A stretch of DNA of 64,000 bases from Eledone cirrhosa (GCA_964016885.1 OZ024741.1:342860001-342924000); one strand, 5' to 3'; positions 39,841 to 53,667 are shown, counted from the first letter of the stretch. Notes: generated from the letters alone by a model not told the origin. Numbers and translations: made by a program.

Positions 39841-40532
39841 CAAGTAAGTATGTTTTGAAACAGTGAGCAGGTTTGAAATTAGAAAATAGAATAGCTTTCA
39901 CCGTATTTTTGACTAAAGGAATTTTAGCCTAATAATGGGGTTTAGAACCCTCAGATAAATGGAAAAAGATGAGTGTTGACGTACATGGGAGTCGAACCCA
40001 GATCTTTGGTTATCGCGACTACTGTGCTACCATTACACCAACACATCACCCATCTCCTTCCATTCAAATTAGAAGCTACATTCTTAGTGAGTTTAAATGG
40101 CAAGTAAGTATGTTTTGAAACAGTGAGCAGGTTTGAAATTAGAAAATAGAATAGCTTTCACCGTATTTTTTATGTGGGTTCGACTCCCATGTAGGTCAAT
40201 ACTCATCTTTTTCCATTTATCTGAGGGTTCTAAACCCCATTATCAGAGGGTTCTAAACCCCATTACAGGCTAAAATTCCTTTAGTCAAAAATACGGTGAA
40301 AGCTATTCTATTTTCTAATTTGAAACCTGCTCACTGTTTCAAAACATACTTACTTGCCATTTAAACTCGCTAAGAATGTAGCTTCTAATTTGAATGGAAG
40401 GAGATGGGTGATGTGTTGGTGTAATGGTAGCACAGTGGTCGCGATAACCAAAGATGTGGGTTCGACTCCCATGTACGTCAATACTCATCTTTTTCCATTT
40501 ATCTGAGGGTTCTAAACCCCATTATCAGGCTA
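39841..40532. mobile_element. Family H: 260-bp tandem unit containing a tRNA-like cloverleaf, in inverted arrangement
   Basis: caagtaagtatg at 39841 and 40101; inverted copy 40172-40532; (TA)n on both sides. Confidence 0.85.
40410..40480 (+). other. tRNA-like cloverleaf (pseudo-tRNA) inside family H; mirror copy at 39977-40047 on the minus strand
   Basis: Acceptor gatgtgt/gtacgtc, D-arm gtgt-aatggta-gcac, anticodon loop cgcgata (lacks U33), T-arm gtggg-ttcgact-cccat. Confidence 0.75.
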
Positions 40533-40549
40533 ATATATATATATATATA

Positions 40550-40990
40550 TATGCAAAAGTTCTATTTAAAATTGTTGGGTTACAACAAGTCAATATTTTT
40601 ATAACTGATATAAAGCACTCGACAAGTATTTGGAGTAGATATACGATATTAATAGATGGAACTATATTTATAAAACCATATTTATTTCATTATACATATT
40701 TCAGGGATACCAAATTAAATTATGGTATGTCTTCATCAGACAAAATACAATATATAATAGTTTTACAAATAAGCTTTGACGTACCCTTTTAAAATGCAAC
40801 CATTATCTATCCAGATGGCTTCCAAAAATAATGGTTGCATTTTAAAAGGGTACGTCAAAGCTTATTTGTAAAACTGTTATATATTGTATTTTGTCTGATG
40901 AAGGCATACCAAAATTTAATTTGGTATCCCTGAAATATGTATAATGAAATAAATATGGTTTTATAAATATAGTTTCCATATATTAATATC

Positions 40991-40991
<1 letters not shown>
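40550..40991. mobile_element. PLE pLTR family A foldback with hammerheads at 40683-40747 (-) and 40887-40951 (+)
   Basis: Homologous to 12601-12951; tattttgt-CTGATGA-aggcatacca...tggtatccct-GAAA-tatgta-TA^-atgaaata. Confidence 0.85.
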
Positions 40992-41065
<74 letters not shown>

Positions 41066-41070
41066 TACAT

Positions 41071-41135
<65 letters not shown>

Positions 41136-41136
<1 letters not shown>

Positions 41137-41684
41137 GAGGTCTGTCAGTAAAGTTCCAGGACTGATGTCACAAAACATCACGTCAGGCAGATGGTGCGTA
41201 GCGATCGTCGGCTGACTGTTCGACTGATGCCAAATGAGCTGGGCATGAATCGGGACAGCGTCTGGAAGATTCTTACTGAAGATTTGGGCATGCGGAAAGT
41301 CTGCGCGAAGATGGTGCCAAAACAGCTGAACGATGACCAGAAGGGTCGACGCATTCAAGTGTGCCAGGACATCCTCGAGCGCCATGAAACCGAACCAGAC
41401 TTGCTAGGGACAGTCATCACCGGAGATAAGTCATGGATCTTCGAGTACGACCCGGAGGGGACTCGTTTTGAAGACGTGGACGACATCAAAAAGGCCGTGA
41501 CGAAGGAACTGCGGAGGATCCCGGAAGAATCCTTCCAGGAATGCATGCAAGCGTGGCAGAAAAGGATGGAAAAGTGCATTAGACTCCAGGGGGATTACTT
41601 TGAAGGAGAAAACTCTTAGTGTGAAGTTTGGGTTTGAAATAAATCTTTTGTGACATCAGTCCTGGAACTTTTCTGACACACCTC

Positions 41685-41685
<1 letters not shown>
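41136..41685 (+). mobile_element. Internally deleted mariner transposon
   Basis: ~39-bp TIRs cgaggtctgtcag...cacaaaa / ttttgtg...gacacacctcg; TA TSD; remnant KMVPKQL, ITGDKSWIFEYDPE, GDYFE. Confidence 0.92.
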
Positions 41686-41738
<53 letters not shown>

Positions 41739-41938
41739 GCAACACACAAAAACAAGATGGTATATGTATATATTTCCCAAACCTCTCGTAGATTATTTAT
41801 ATGTTTTTCATGGTAGTGGTCTTATAACTCCTGTAACTGAAAACACACTCTCGTCTGTTTTTCCTCTCTATATTGTCTTTTGGAGTGCCCAGGAAATTCT
41901 TTTCCTAAGAGCTCATTAAATTACAGGGTTATACGCGA

Positions 41939-41995
<57 letters not shown>

Positions 41996-42502
41996 AGTTT
42001 GAAGAACAGTCAGACAAAATATATCCAATTTTTCTCCGTCTTAGTCCTTAGAAATCAACCAGATAAATAATCATTTAAACGGAGCTAAGTTTAAAATGTA
42101 ACTTTGAAGACATAACAGATAAATGTCACAGACCTTCTTCTGTGAGGAACAGTCAGATAAGATTTACCTAGTCTTTCCTCTTAGCCCGTAGAAATTAACT
42201 AGACAAATAATCACTTAAACGGAGCTAAGTTTAAAATGTAAATTTGAAGTAAAGTTCATATGCATTTTTTCTTCAAATTTACATTTAAAATTTCGCTCCG
42301 TTTAAGTGATTATTTGTCTAGTTAATTTCTACGGACTAAGAGGAAAGACTAGGTAAATCTTATCTGACTGTTCCTCACATATAGCTCTGATTAATAATTT
42401 TTTGCTTAATTAGTTTTTTCATAGAGTCACACGGTTGAAGGTGGCCACACTCATATATGTATCTGTGAGTATGTCTAAGTATATACATATATATCCTTAT
42501 GA

Positions 42503-42544
<42 letters not shown>

Positions 42545-43081
42545 AGTAAAGCAACGGAGTAAATTGAGTCACGTATAATCCTGTAATTCAATGAGCTCAA
42601 AGGAAAACATTTTCCTGGGCACTTCAAAATACAATACAGAAAGGAAAAACACAGGAGAGTGTGATTTCATTTACAGGGGGTATTAAGACCACTAGCATGA
42701 AAAACACATAAGCTACGAGAGGTTTGAGAAATACATTATAATTAAAAGGATGAATTAAAATGAAAAAAAACAACAACCTCATAACTAAATCCCTCATGTA
42801 CAGACTTACTAGGAGAATGTTTCACCATAAATTAGTGGGAACTAATTCAGCCGTATGGATCGTCAGCATGTGTTCAACCTATATGGCCTTCACTACTAAG
42901 GAGACATAATATAACTGATCTGTAGCACGTGTAAACGGGAAAAGAATGTGTGCGTGAGGCAGGGACTAGTGGTAGGAATAGAACAAGAAGCCGCTAGAAA
43001 TGGCAGCTTATAACCATTCAATTTATAGTGCTCGACAAGCAGAAACGCAAGGAACTAAACACACTCTTCTGTGCCTCCCTC

Positions 43082-43198
<117 letters not shown>

Positions 43199-43231
43199 TA
43201 CAGAATAATCAAAACTATGTTCAAAATATTT

Positions 43232-43284
43232 TATTGCTGACAATCGTTTCTTCCAAACTTTCGTTTGGAATCATCGGAGCACTA
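43232..43284 (-). ncRNA. Compact hammerhead with CCGAUGA core variant
   Basis: Minus strand: tagtgct-CCGATGA-ttccaaac-gaaa-gtttggaa-GAAA-cgattg-TC^-agcaata. Confidence 0.65.
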
Positions 43285-43321
43285 GCAAAGTTTAGACATA
43301 TAATTAATCCCCTATTCCACA

Positions 43322-43386
<65 letters not shown>

Positions 43387-43549
43387 GCAAAGAAATTGAA
43401 AATGCAACTGGAGTCTTTTAAGAATATTTACTTTACCGGTTTCACAGTTCTTATGATATTCAAAAGTAAAAATTGAGATGGAGGGTTTGTATATCTGCTG
43501 TCGTTTGTCTCGCATATACATGTATGTATATATATATATGTGTGTGTGT

Positions 43550-43960
43550 GTGCCTAAAGGACAGCAAAATGCCAAAACAAGTATTGTATGGTGATCTGTG
43601 GCAAATCAAACGCATGTAGAGCAAGCCACACTAGCGCGTTAAAATCTGCCCAAAAATGCCTTGAAAAGGGCAACTTCAACACAGAGACATGGGAAAATCT
43701 TGCAACAGACGAAATATTGCCAGTGACGAAATCTAATTGTTACAGGAATTTGTATAGTGGCAGAGGGGCTATGCTGAAATGAAGCGTGCAGCTAAACATA
43801 TGGGGGAAGTTAGTCTGCTCCCAGAACGAGGTTCGAAAGAAACTCTTACCTGCGAGGGATTTCAACACTTACCTATGTATGTATGTCAATGGTTGGGCTA
43901 CTAAGCATAGCAGACGTCATACCCGTGGAAATAATACTTTTGAGAACCCCATATACGTTG
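43550..43960 (+). mobile_element. Degraded RTE LINE 3' ORF remnant
   Basis: DSKMPKQVLYGDL ... NFNTETWENLATD, typical of RTE C-termini. Confidence 0.65.
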
Positions 43961-44029
43961 ATTTTGCATGATTTTGCATTGTTGTTGTTGGTGTTCTTGG
44001 TTGGTGTAGATGTTCTGGTTATTATAGAT

Positions 44030-44680
44030 TGTTGTGGTAGTAGTTAGTGGTGTTGGTGGTGTTGGTGGTGTTGGTGGTGTAGGTAGTGTTGGTGGTGTTG
44101 GTGGTGTAGGTGGTGTTGCTGGTGTTTCTGGTGTAAATGGTGTTAGTGGTGTTAGTGGTGTTGGTGGTGTTGGTGGTGTTAATGGTTTTGGTGGTGTTGG
44201 TGGTGTAGGTGGTGTAGGTGGTGTTGGTGGTGTTGGTGGTGTAAATAGTGTTAGTGGTGTTGGTGGTGTTGGTGGTGTTGGTGGTGTCGGTTTTGTTGGT
44301 GGTGTAGGTGGCGGTGTTGGTGTTGATGGTGTAGGTGGTGCAGGTAGTGTTGGTTGTGTTAGTGGTGTTGGTGGTGTTGATGGTGTTGGTGGTATTGTTG
44401 GTGTAGCTGGTGTTGGTGGGGTTGGTGGCGTTAGTGGTGTTGGTAGAATTGGTGGTGTTGGTGGTGTTGGTGGTTCGTGGGGATGTTTGTATTAATAGAT
44501 GGTGTTATTGGTTGATGGTATTAGTGGTTGGTGGTGTTGGTGGTGGTAGTAATGGTTATTGATGTTGTTGGTAGTGGTTTGTATAGGTTGCTGTTGTTGG
44601 TATTGTTGTTGTATAGGTAGTAGTTAGTGGTCTTGGTGGATTGTTAGTGGTGTTAGTGGTTGTTGTTGTTGTAATGGTGC
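44030..44680. repeat. (GGTGGTGTT)n-like repeat
   Basis: Seen directly. Confidence 0.9.
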
Positions 44681-44849
44681 TAGTGATAAAATCGATGTAA
44701 CAATTCCACAATCTGAGAATCTGTAATCAAACAGGTAAACTAATTAATCATATAATCGAATTAATTTATTATGATTGTAGTGCAGGTGATTAGCATTTTT
44801 AAAACACAGTAAACACTGATGCTAGTGGAACATTTAACGATGGCAAGAT

Positions 44850-45335
44850 GTCACCAACACCACCACCATCATCGCCACTAACAGCACCACCAACACCTTC
44901 TCCACCACCATCGCCACCACAACAACCGCCACCATCATCGCCACTAACAGCACCACCAACACCTTTTCCACCACTATCACCACCATCGCCACCACAACAA
45001 TCGCCACCATCATCGCCACTAACAGCACCACCAACACCTTCTCCACCACTATCACCACCATCACCACCACCACAACCACCACCAACATCGCCACTAACAG
45101 CACTACCAACACCTTCTCCACCACTATCACCACCATCACCACCACCACCACAACCGCCAACATCATCGCCACTAACACCACCACGACGACCACCACCACC
45201 ACAACAACCACCACCAACACCTTCTCCACCACTACCACCACCATCGCCACCACCACCACCACAACAACTACCAGAAGTAACAGAACCACTGCAAGCATCA
45301 ACCCCACCACACCGCCCCCATCACCACCACCAATG
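44850..45335. repeat. (CCA)-based minisatellite with ~60-80-bp units
   Basis: Recurring atcgccactaacagcaccaccaacacct. Confidence 0.85.
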
Positions 45336-45403
45336 TTTTTACCTGCTTACACCTGTTGATAAACGAAATGTCACAACACAATTCTTAAGGTTACACTAAT
45401 TAG

Positions 45404-45482
<79 letters not shown>

Positions 45483-45486
<4 letters not shown>

Positions 45487-46860
45487 GTAGGAGGTGAGTT
45501 TTATTGTAGTACAATAAAGCAATGCAGATATCGGATAAGAAGCACTCTACAGTTTGTGGGACTGGAGTATGCATAATATAAGGTCAAAAGATGATTAAAG
45601 GAGTTCCATATATTTTATTATGCGCATTTCAAAAACAAACATCATCAAGCAATAATATTTGTGTTTTCATCAGATAAAACAGGAGAACATGATATGAAGG
45701 CTAAAAAACACTTGTTGATAGTGCAGTTTTAAATCAACATATGAAAAGTGGTTTTAGATTGATGTGTGATATTGGGAAAAATATTTTATTTAGAGAGGGG
45801 GGGGGGGGAAAGGATGAGAAGGGAAGGAGATGACAGGGAGAGATGGGTGATAGAGAGAAAGAGATAGTTTTTATAACTGAGAGGAGATATATTTTTTATA
45901 TAGAGGGGTTGAAAACCGTTGGAAGATACTGTATAAATTAAAAATTTTGAAAATTAACGAAGGGGGGATATGTGCGAGGAAAAAATATTTTATTTAGGGA
46001 GGGGGGGGGTGGAAAGGATGAAAAAAAGGGGGAGGAGATGAGAGTGAAGGTGGAGAGGGAGAGATGGGTGATAGAGAGAAAGAGATAGTTTTTATAACTG
46101 AGAAAAAGATATATTGTTTTAATATAGAGAGGTTGGGAACCGTTGGAAGATAATGTATAAATTAAAGGAATTTGAAAATTAACGAAGGGAAATTATGTAT
46201 GAAGATAGAGAGAAAAAAATAATAATTGTGGGTGAATATTCTAACGTCAAAAGAAGAAATGTATGTATTGTGGCAATTTCAAAATTAGCAAAGAGAGAAA
46301 TGTTAAGGTTTATGTGTAGAAGGATTTGAGAAAAATAATGTGAAGTTAAAGTTTGTATATTGAATTCATATGTATTAATAATGAGTTCCCTAAATAAAAT
46401 ATTTTTAAAGTTTGTATATTGAATTCATATGTATTAATAATGAGTTCCCTAAATAAAATATTTTTTCCTCGCACATATCCCCCTTTCGTTAATTTTCAAA
46501 ATTTTTAATTTATACAGTATCTTCCAACGGTTTTCAACCCCTCTATATAAAAAATATATCTCCTCTCAGTTATAAAAACTATCTCTTTCTCTCTATCACC
46601 CATCTCTCCCTCTCATCTCCTTCCCTTCTCATCCTCCCCCCCCCTCTCTAAATAAAATATTTTTCCCAATATCACACATCAATCTAAAACCACTTTTCAT
46701 ATGTTGATTTAAAACTGCACTATCAACAAGTGTTTTTTAGCCTTCATATCATGTTCTCCTGTTTTATCTGATGAAAACACAAATATTATTGCTTGATGAC
46801 GTTTGTTTTTGAAATGCGCATAATAAAATATATGGAACTCCTTTAACCATCTTTTGACCT

Positions 46861-46868
<8 letters not shown>
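45483..46868 (-). mobile_element. PLE family B 3' portion with long inverted repeat; hammerheads at 45611-45681 (-) and 46760-46830 (+)
   Basis: Arms ~45575-45990 and ~46453-46868; 59-bp tandem duplication at the inversion junction (~46347-46465). Confidence 0.85.
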
Positions 46869-46911
<43 letters not shown>

Positions 46912-46918
<7 letters not shown>

Positions 46919-47285
46919 ATTATTATGTAATAAACAACATAAGGCAATTATTCCATTTACCAGTGGTTTCTTAAAAGCAAAAGGTTTTGCTTTCAATCCT
47001 CAGAATGAAAAATCCTGGTTTGTTTATTGAATATGGATTCTAAAAAAAAAAATTTTTTTTTTTTTTTTTTTTTTTTGTTTTGTTTTTAGAATCCATATTC
47101 AATAAACAAACCAGGATTTTTCATTCTGAGGATTGAAAGCAAAACCTTTTGCTTTTAAGAAACCACTGGTAAATGGAATAATTGCCTTATGTTGTTTATT
47201 ACATAATAATAATAATTAAGCTCTGTTGCATACATAGAGCACTCTTTTTTCCTGGACTTTTCCGATGGAATTACTTCATTCACAC
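46912..47285 (+). mobile_element. Family F foldback with hammerheads at 46951-47010 (-) and 47119-47178 (+)
   Basis: tttcatt-CTGAGGA-ttgaaagcaaaaccttttgcttttaa-GAAA-ccactgg-TA^-aatggaa. Confidence 0.82.
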
Positions 47286-47298
47286 ATATATATATATA

Positions 47299-48629
<1,331 letters not shown>

Positions 48630-48656
48630 ATATATATATATATGTATATATATATA

Positions 48657-49391
48657 TTTAAGTAAGTAAAAAATTTTTTTAAAATTTTTTAAAAAATATT
48701 TTCTTATTTTACGTCTTTTATATTATTGTTCTGCATCCTCCTGCATTGAACCACCTAGGTACTATGACATAACCTGTGTATTTGCTGGCATGGACGTGCA
48801 TCTGTGCGCTTATGCTAGTTGATATATTAAATTATCTATATTTATCTCCAAATCACTGATTTGTCGAGCAAACCTGCCAAAACCACTTCTAAATTTTTTT
48901 TGGGGTGTTAGTAGGCGTCAGTCATCTTACCATCCCATTCCTTCTAACTAGCCTCTGTGTCACGTGATTGATTCTTTAGAATCGGCCATTTGACTAGAAG
49001 CAGTGAGAATTTCAGTACATGGAATCCAGTCCTCGCTAGCTGTTCTATCTACCGAATTATTATTATTTTTATATGAGCCGCCAGTGTCCGCGCATTGCCT
49101 GGAGACTCAGCTGAGAATAGACTCCCTGATGCTGCAATGAATTCTCGACAGTTGGATTACGTAACTGTCTTTATCCCATTGCAGAAACTAATTAGTTGGA
49201 GTGAAAATTTAAGTAAGTAAAAAATTTTTAAAAAATTAAAAAAAAAATATTTTCTTATTTTACGTCTTTTATATTATTGTTCTGCATCCTCCTGCATTGA
49301 ACCACCTAGGTACTATGACATAACCTGTGTATTTGCTGGCATGGACGTGCATCTGTGCGCTTATGCTAGTTGATATATTAAATTATCTATA
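48657..49391 (+). mobile_element. Family C non-coding unit (~551-bp period) with hammerhead-like motif at 49121-49202
   Basis: 48657-48840 repeated at 49208-49391; core reads CTGATGC in this copy. Confidence 0.8.
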
Positions 49392-49406
49392 TATGTATAT
49401 ATATAT

Positions 49407-49489
<83 letters not shown>

Positions 49490-49492
<3 letters not shown>

Positions 49493-51450
49493 GTGGAAAA
49501 GTAAGAAATCGGAGAATAGACCGTTAAAACATGTTTATTTAAAACAGCACCTACGTACGTTTCGCCCAGTTGGGCTTCTCAAGGGCATAAATAACCAAAA
49601 GTGTTCCTTACATTGCCCGGAAAGAGTTTTTTGGGTTAAATTCACGTCAAGGTTCATTGCTCGCAAAAATAGCTTGTTTTGATTTTGCAGCAGGTGAGGG
49701 GAGGTAAGTCCGGCCGGTGTTAGGGCCGTCTTTCCTGGACAAATCTTCATCCGTTACAAGATGAGGTTACAGCCTTACCATTGTCGATATGCACAGGGTC
49801 ATGTAACCAACGCTTATTTTGAGACGTTTGTTTTTTCCGCATCTGTTTGTCTGGGTCGTTTGAGGCTGGGTCTGGTATGCATGGTTAGTTTCCTGGATGT
49901 TATTTTGCAGCGCCTGCCCGCCGGGTGTTAAAACTTGTTGCAGGGAGATCCGGTGCACGGTTTCACTCCTCATCCTTAACCCATCTGAAGAAGGATATTT
50001 TTAAGCGATGTGTACAACTTATCGCTGTTTCAGCTCTGCTGTTGATGAGCTCGTGGGGTGTAGTTATGATGTGGTAGAGCTCCATGAGGCAAAGATGGCA
50101 CTTCCTCTTGAAGTTGTACGGTGCAGCCCTGCCGACAATATCCCAGTGCGTGGAGAAGCTGATGTTTGAGTCCTTTAGTGATGTGATGTAGTCCGCGAGC
50201 GAAGTGCAGTGTCTTAGTTTTTTATTTGTGAAAGAGTGGAGATGTGTTCGAAACCTAATTTTGAACGGGCCGGAGGTAGCCCCTATATAATGTTTAACGC
50301 TATTGTGGCTAGTTACAGTGCATCTATATATAACCCTATCAGTCAAGCAGTATCCTCTAAGGGGGCAGCGTCCTCTGCCGCGGCAGTTGCAATTTCTGTC
50401 GCGGTTCCGTCTATTTCCCACGGTAAGGCTATCATTGTTGCGGCCTACGTTGTTATATACGCTCCCGCAGCTGTCGTTAGCACCATTACAACCCACAGCA
50501 CGCGGGGTGGTGCGATTGTTATTCCGCACGTCATGTCCTGCATGTTCCCCACTCATTTCGCGGTTATGCTTGTTGTGTCTGCAGTATTGGATGCTGCTAG
50601 GGAGTTGTTAAGGCCGATATAGTTATTGTCAGGTGTAGGTGCGTCTGTGTCGAGGTGCTGTGTCTTGGTGATCTTACTGTGGTTCGTTGTTCCTATGATA
50701 TCTGCTAGGTTAGGAGTAGTAGAGAAGGATATTTTTATATTGTTCCTATTAAGAATTTTCCTATACCTATGGTTGGGCGAGACGTTATTCTCTAAGCCTT
50801 CGAAGAATATCCGGGGTATGTTGGAGGCCACAGTCCGAGAGTAGGGGGGTGGGGGTGGAACCATAGGACGTTACGGTGGCGATTACGTGTCCTTGTACGT
50901 TTGGTTCCATCTAGGTGACCGCTCTTATGTATGTTAATGCGCTGTAGCCCGTTAGGTGCCTCTTTCACTTTATGCTCGGGTGCACTCTTCTTCCCTCTTC
51001 CATGTTTATGTACAGGAAGATGTTGGTTGGAAGGCGTTGGTAGTAGGCCGTCGCCTTTGTTGGTTTTGTAGTAGGGGAATAGTTCGAGTAATCTACGGTG
51101 GTCACCGTCGCCGGGGTCGTGATCTTTAGTGCGATTATCTATTCTATTATATCCGACTTCAACGAGGTCACCGCGTGATCGGTTATAGGTATGGCTTACT
51201 ATAACGTTCGTTTTATGAGGGGGGGGGTTCTAGAGCTAGCGTTAGGGATGTAGGAAATTCCTCGGTTAAAGCCGGCGCTTATCAAGGCCCTATTGTAGTA
51301 ATCTGCCGCTTGGTTGAAGATATCCTCATTGTCAGATAGCCTCGAGATTCTATGTGAGAAACTATAGACTATGGAGTTGAGAGCCTGCTTAGGGTGGTTG
51401 GGGGCATAATTAATATAAGAGAGGCCCTCTCCAGGCTTATGGTATGGATT
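49490..51450 (-). mobile_element. 5'-truncated, frameshifted PLE (RT thumb + GIY-YIG + 3' UTR)
   Basis: PYHKP..YIN..PNHP..RISRLS, PPYS..FF..L..HRYRKILNR, CNCRGRGRCPLRGYC, IYRC..YIGAT, CHLCLME. Confidence 0.9.
49547..49586 (-). ncRNA. Minimal hammerhead, U3-A8 core variant, in the PLE 3' end
   Basis: Minus strand: gccc-TTGAGAA-gcccaactgggc-GAAA-cgtacg-TA^-ggtgc (weak stem I). Confidence 0.6.
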
Positions 51451-52085
51451 GGAGAAATGGGAGAGAGTGGTTTGTAGATATCTTAATCAAAATGTTGTAG
51501 TAGGGGTTTTATTATACTGGTTATTCTTAAAGCGACCACCTTAAGCGATGCGTTGATAGTTAAGGTTGGAATTATTTATTGCCCCAGAGGGAAGGTTCAT
51601 AGATGTGGAGAGGCAGGGAGGTGGACCTAGGGCGAGAGAGAGAGAGAGTGGAATGGATAGAGAGGGAGAGATAGAGAGGGGACAGACGAAAGCTATGGGG
51701 TGGGTGTACATTGAGTTCATAGTAGTAACCTACGAATTGCACTAAGTTTCCATTTATAGTGATAAGCAGGGTATTGTCTTGTAGTGTGGGGGAAGAGAAA
51801 GTGGTTAGCTAGAAAGCAATGTGATAGTTACGGGTTCGAATGTTAAATTATTTTATAGTAAGAGAATTTAGCCTTCAGTTTGTGGTTGCAGTATAATGAT
51901 CGTTCGATTCTATCATTTAGTAATTTATTTTTGGATTTTAAGATGTAAAAGAGTTCAAGGTTACATAACCTACAGTACTTGAATCCACTCCGATATGCAC
52001 TAGCGCTGGAAAGTATATCCCATTTCAAGGTGAACTGTTGGTTGCGTTCACGGAGTTGCCAGGTCTTGTTGGCGAGCGTGGTTAC
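51451..52085 (-). mobile_element. PLE 3' remnant (end of GIY-YIG plus UTR)
   Basis: KWDILSSASAY...CRLCNLELFYIL...LLNDR..CNH. Confidence 0.82.
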
Positions 52086-52232
52086 AAAACGGTGATCAGG
52101 ATGTTTAATTGAGAATCGATGACAGTACCAGCGAGATTTAAAGGAGGTAGTGGTAGACTCGATGTAATACCATTTCTGGTCGTTCGATTCAATATAAATA
52201 TATATACATATGAATATATATATATATTGTGA

Positions 52233-52450
52233 AGGCGTGTGGCTGTGTGGTTAGAGAATTGGATTCGCAATCGTAAGGTTGTGAGTACGATTCCTGGACC
52301 AGGTGATGCGTTATGTCCTTGAGCAAGACACTTTATTTCACGTTGCTCCTTCTACCTGGAGTTGCGACCGATAGATAGTATTAGCAATTGGAAAGACAAA
52401 CGGAAACATTGTTCCCTCGGTCCGATTTGACGAAAGTCGATCGTTCCTTT
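52233..52450 (+). mobile_element. SINE family B (short variant)
   Basis: Matches 33525-33740. Confidence 0.85.
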
Positions 52451-52454
52451 TTTT

Positions 52455-52519
<65 letters not shown>

Positions 52520-52906
52520 TATATACATATGTATATATATTTATATATGTATATATATATATATATATATAATGTAGTAGAGAAGTGACAGACAAGTTGA
52601 TTTATATAATAGTAAAATAGAAATAAAACAGTAGAAAATGCTAAAGAGATTATCTCTCAGAATAGCAGAAAAATATTTATTTACAAAATAGGAATTTTTG
52701 CATTAATGGTGACACAGCTACGGTCAATACCAAGAGAGAAAGACAAACAGACAAACATGCGAACTTTTCTATATATATATATGTTTGTAAAAAATTTTTT
52801 TCCTCATATACTTATTAATATGTAATTTAATTGCATTATACACTCCGTCGCACGAAGAATCCTCTAAGCTGAAACCGGTACAAATAATGCAGAAATTCCT
52901 ATTTTG

Positions 52907-52951
<45 letters not shown>

Positions 52952-53479
52952 CTGCACTCGCACAGACGTCGAGAGGTTCCTGCGCCGTACCAAACTACGG
53001 GTGGTGCACTTTCAAAGGATCCTACCTGCATCGAATGACCCGGACAGTTTCCTGGAACTGGGCCGACGATCATCACTAAGGACGCTGGCCACCGGACAGT
53101 TCAGCACATTGGCCACATTCGTGGACGCCTGCCACAGACGCCAGCTCTCCGGATATTACGCCACACGGTGACGCAACCCGCTAATCCCTACTCTACTTAT
53201 AGCTCACACTAAGTCCTGTTTGCTCTGATCAGAGCAAACAACACGGACACTCTATCTCAAAATTATTTTTGAAAAGCATTTAGAAATGCGCAACCGGTAA
53301 AAACTTAAAAACTTATAACCACAACTGAATACTAACCGATACAATCACTAATACTCTTTTATTCCTAATTAAACCATTTTTCAACTGTGAACAATTTGTC
53401 AGCATTTTCTATTCCGTTTACCAATATATAATAACTTGTGTGTTACACCTCTATTCTTTTAACTATATATATATATATA

Positions 53480-53667
53480 ACGAAGGAAGTGTGGTAAGGA
53501 TACAGGTGAACCATAACGCACCAGAGTACTCGATACTTAGGACTTAGGGCAGTAGAGTGGGTAATAAGAAAAGAGTCAGGACCCCGACGGCTGAGTTCCA
53601 GCCGTTTCGACAGCTAGCTGTCGAAACGGCTGGAGCTCAGCCGTTGGGGTCCTGACTCTTTTCCTAT
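53480..53667 (-). mobile_element. Family G PLE-type end with palindrome 53564-53667
   Basis: Centre gacagctagctgtc; contains the 3' half of a hammerhead (GAAA-cggctg...cagccg-T). Confidence 0.7.

Noticed and set aside
40410-40480. Functional tRNA gene
   Set aside because: Anticodon loop lacks U33, stems have many G-U pairs or mismatches, and it is embedded in a repeat
40370-40532. Hammerhead or HDV-like ribozyme in family H (ctgaggg...gaaagcta)
   Set aside because: Could not build a consistent core or stem I by eye
44848-45399. Pro/Ser/Thr-rich 183-aa ORF
   Set aside because: Explained by a (CCA)-based minisatellite; no convincing splice or homology evidence
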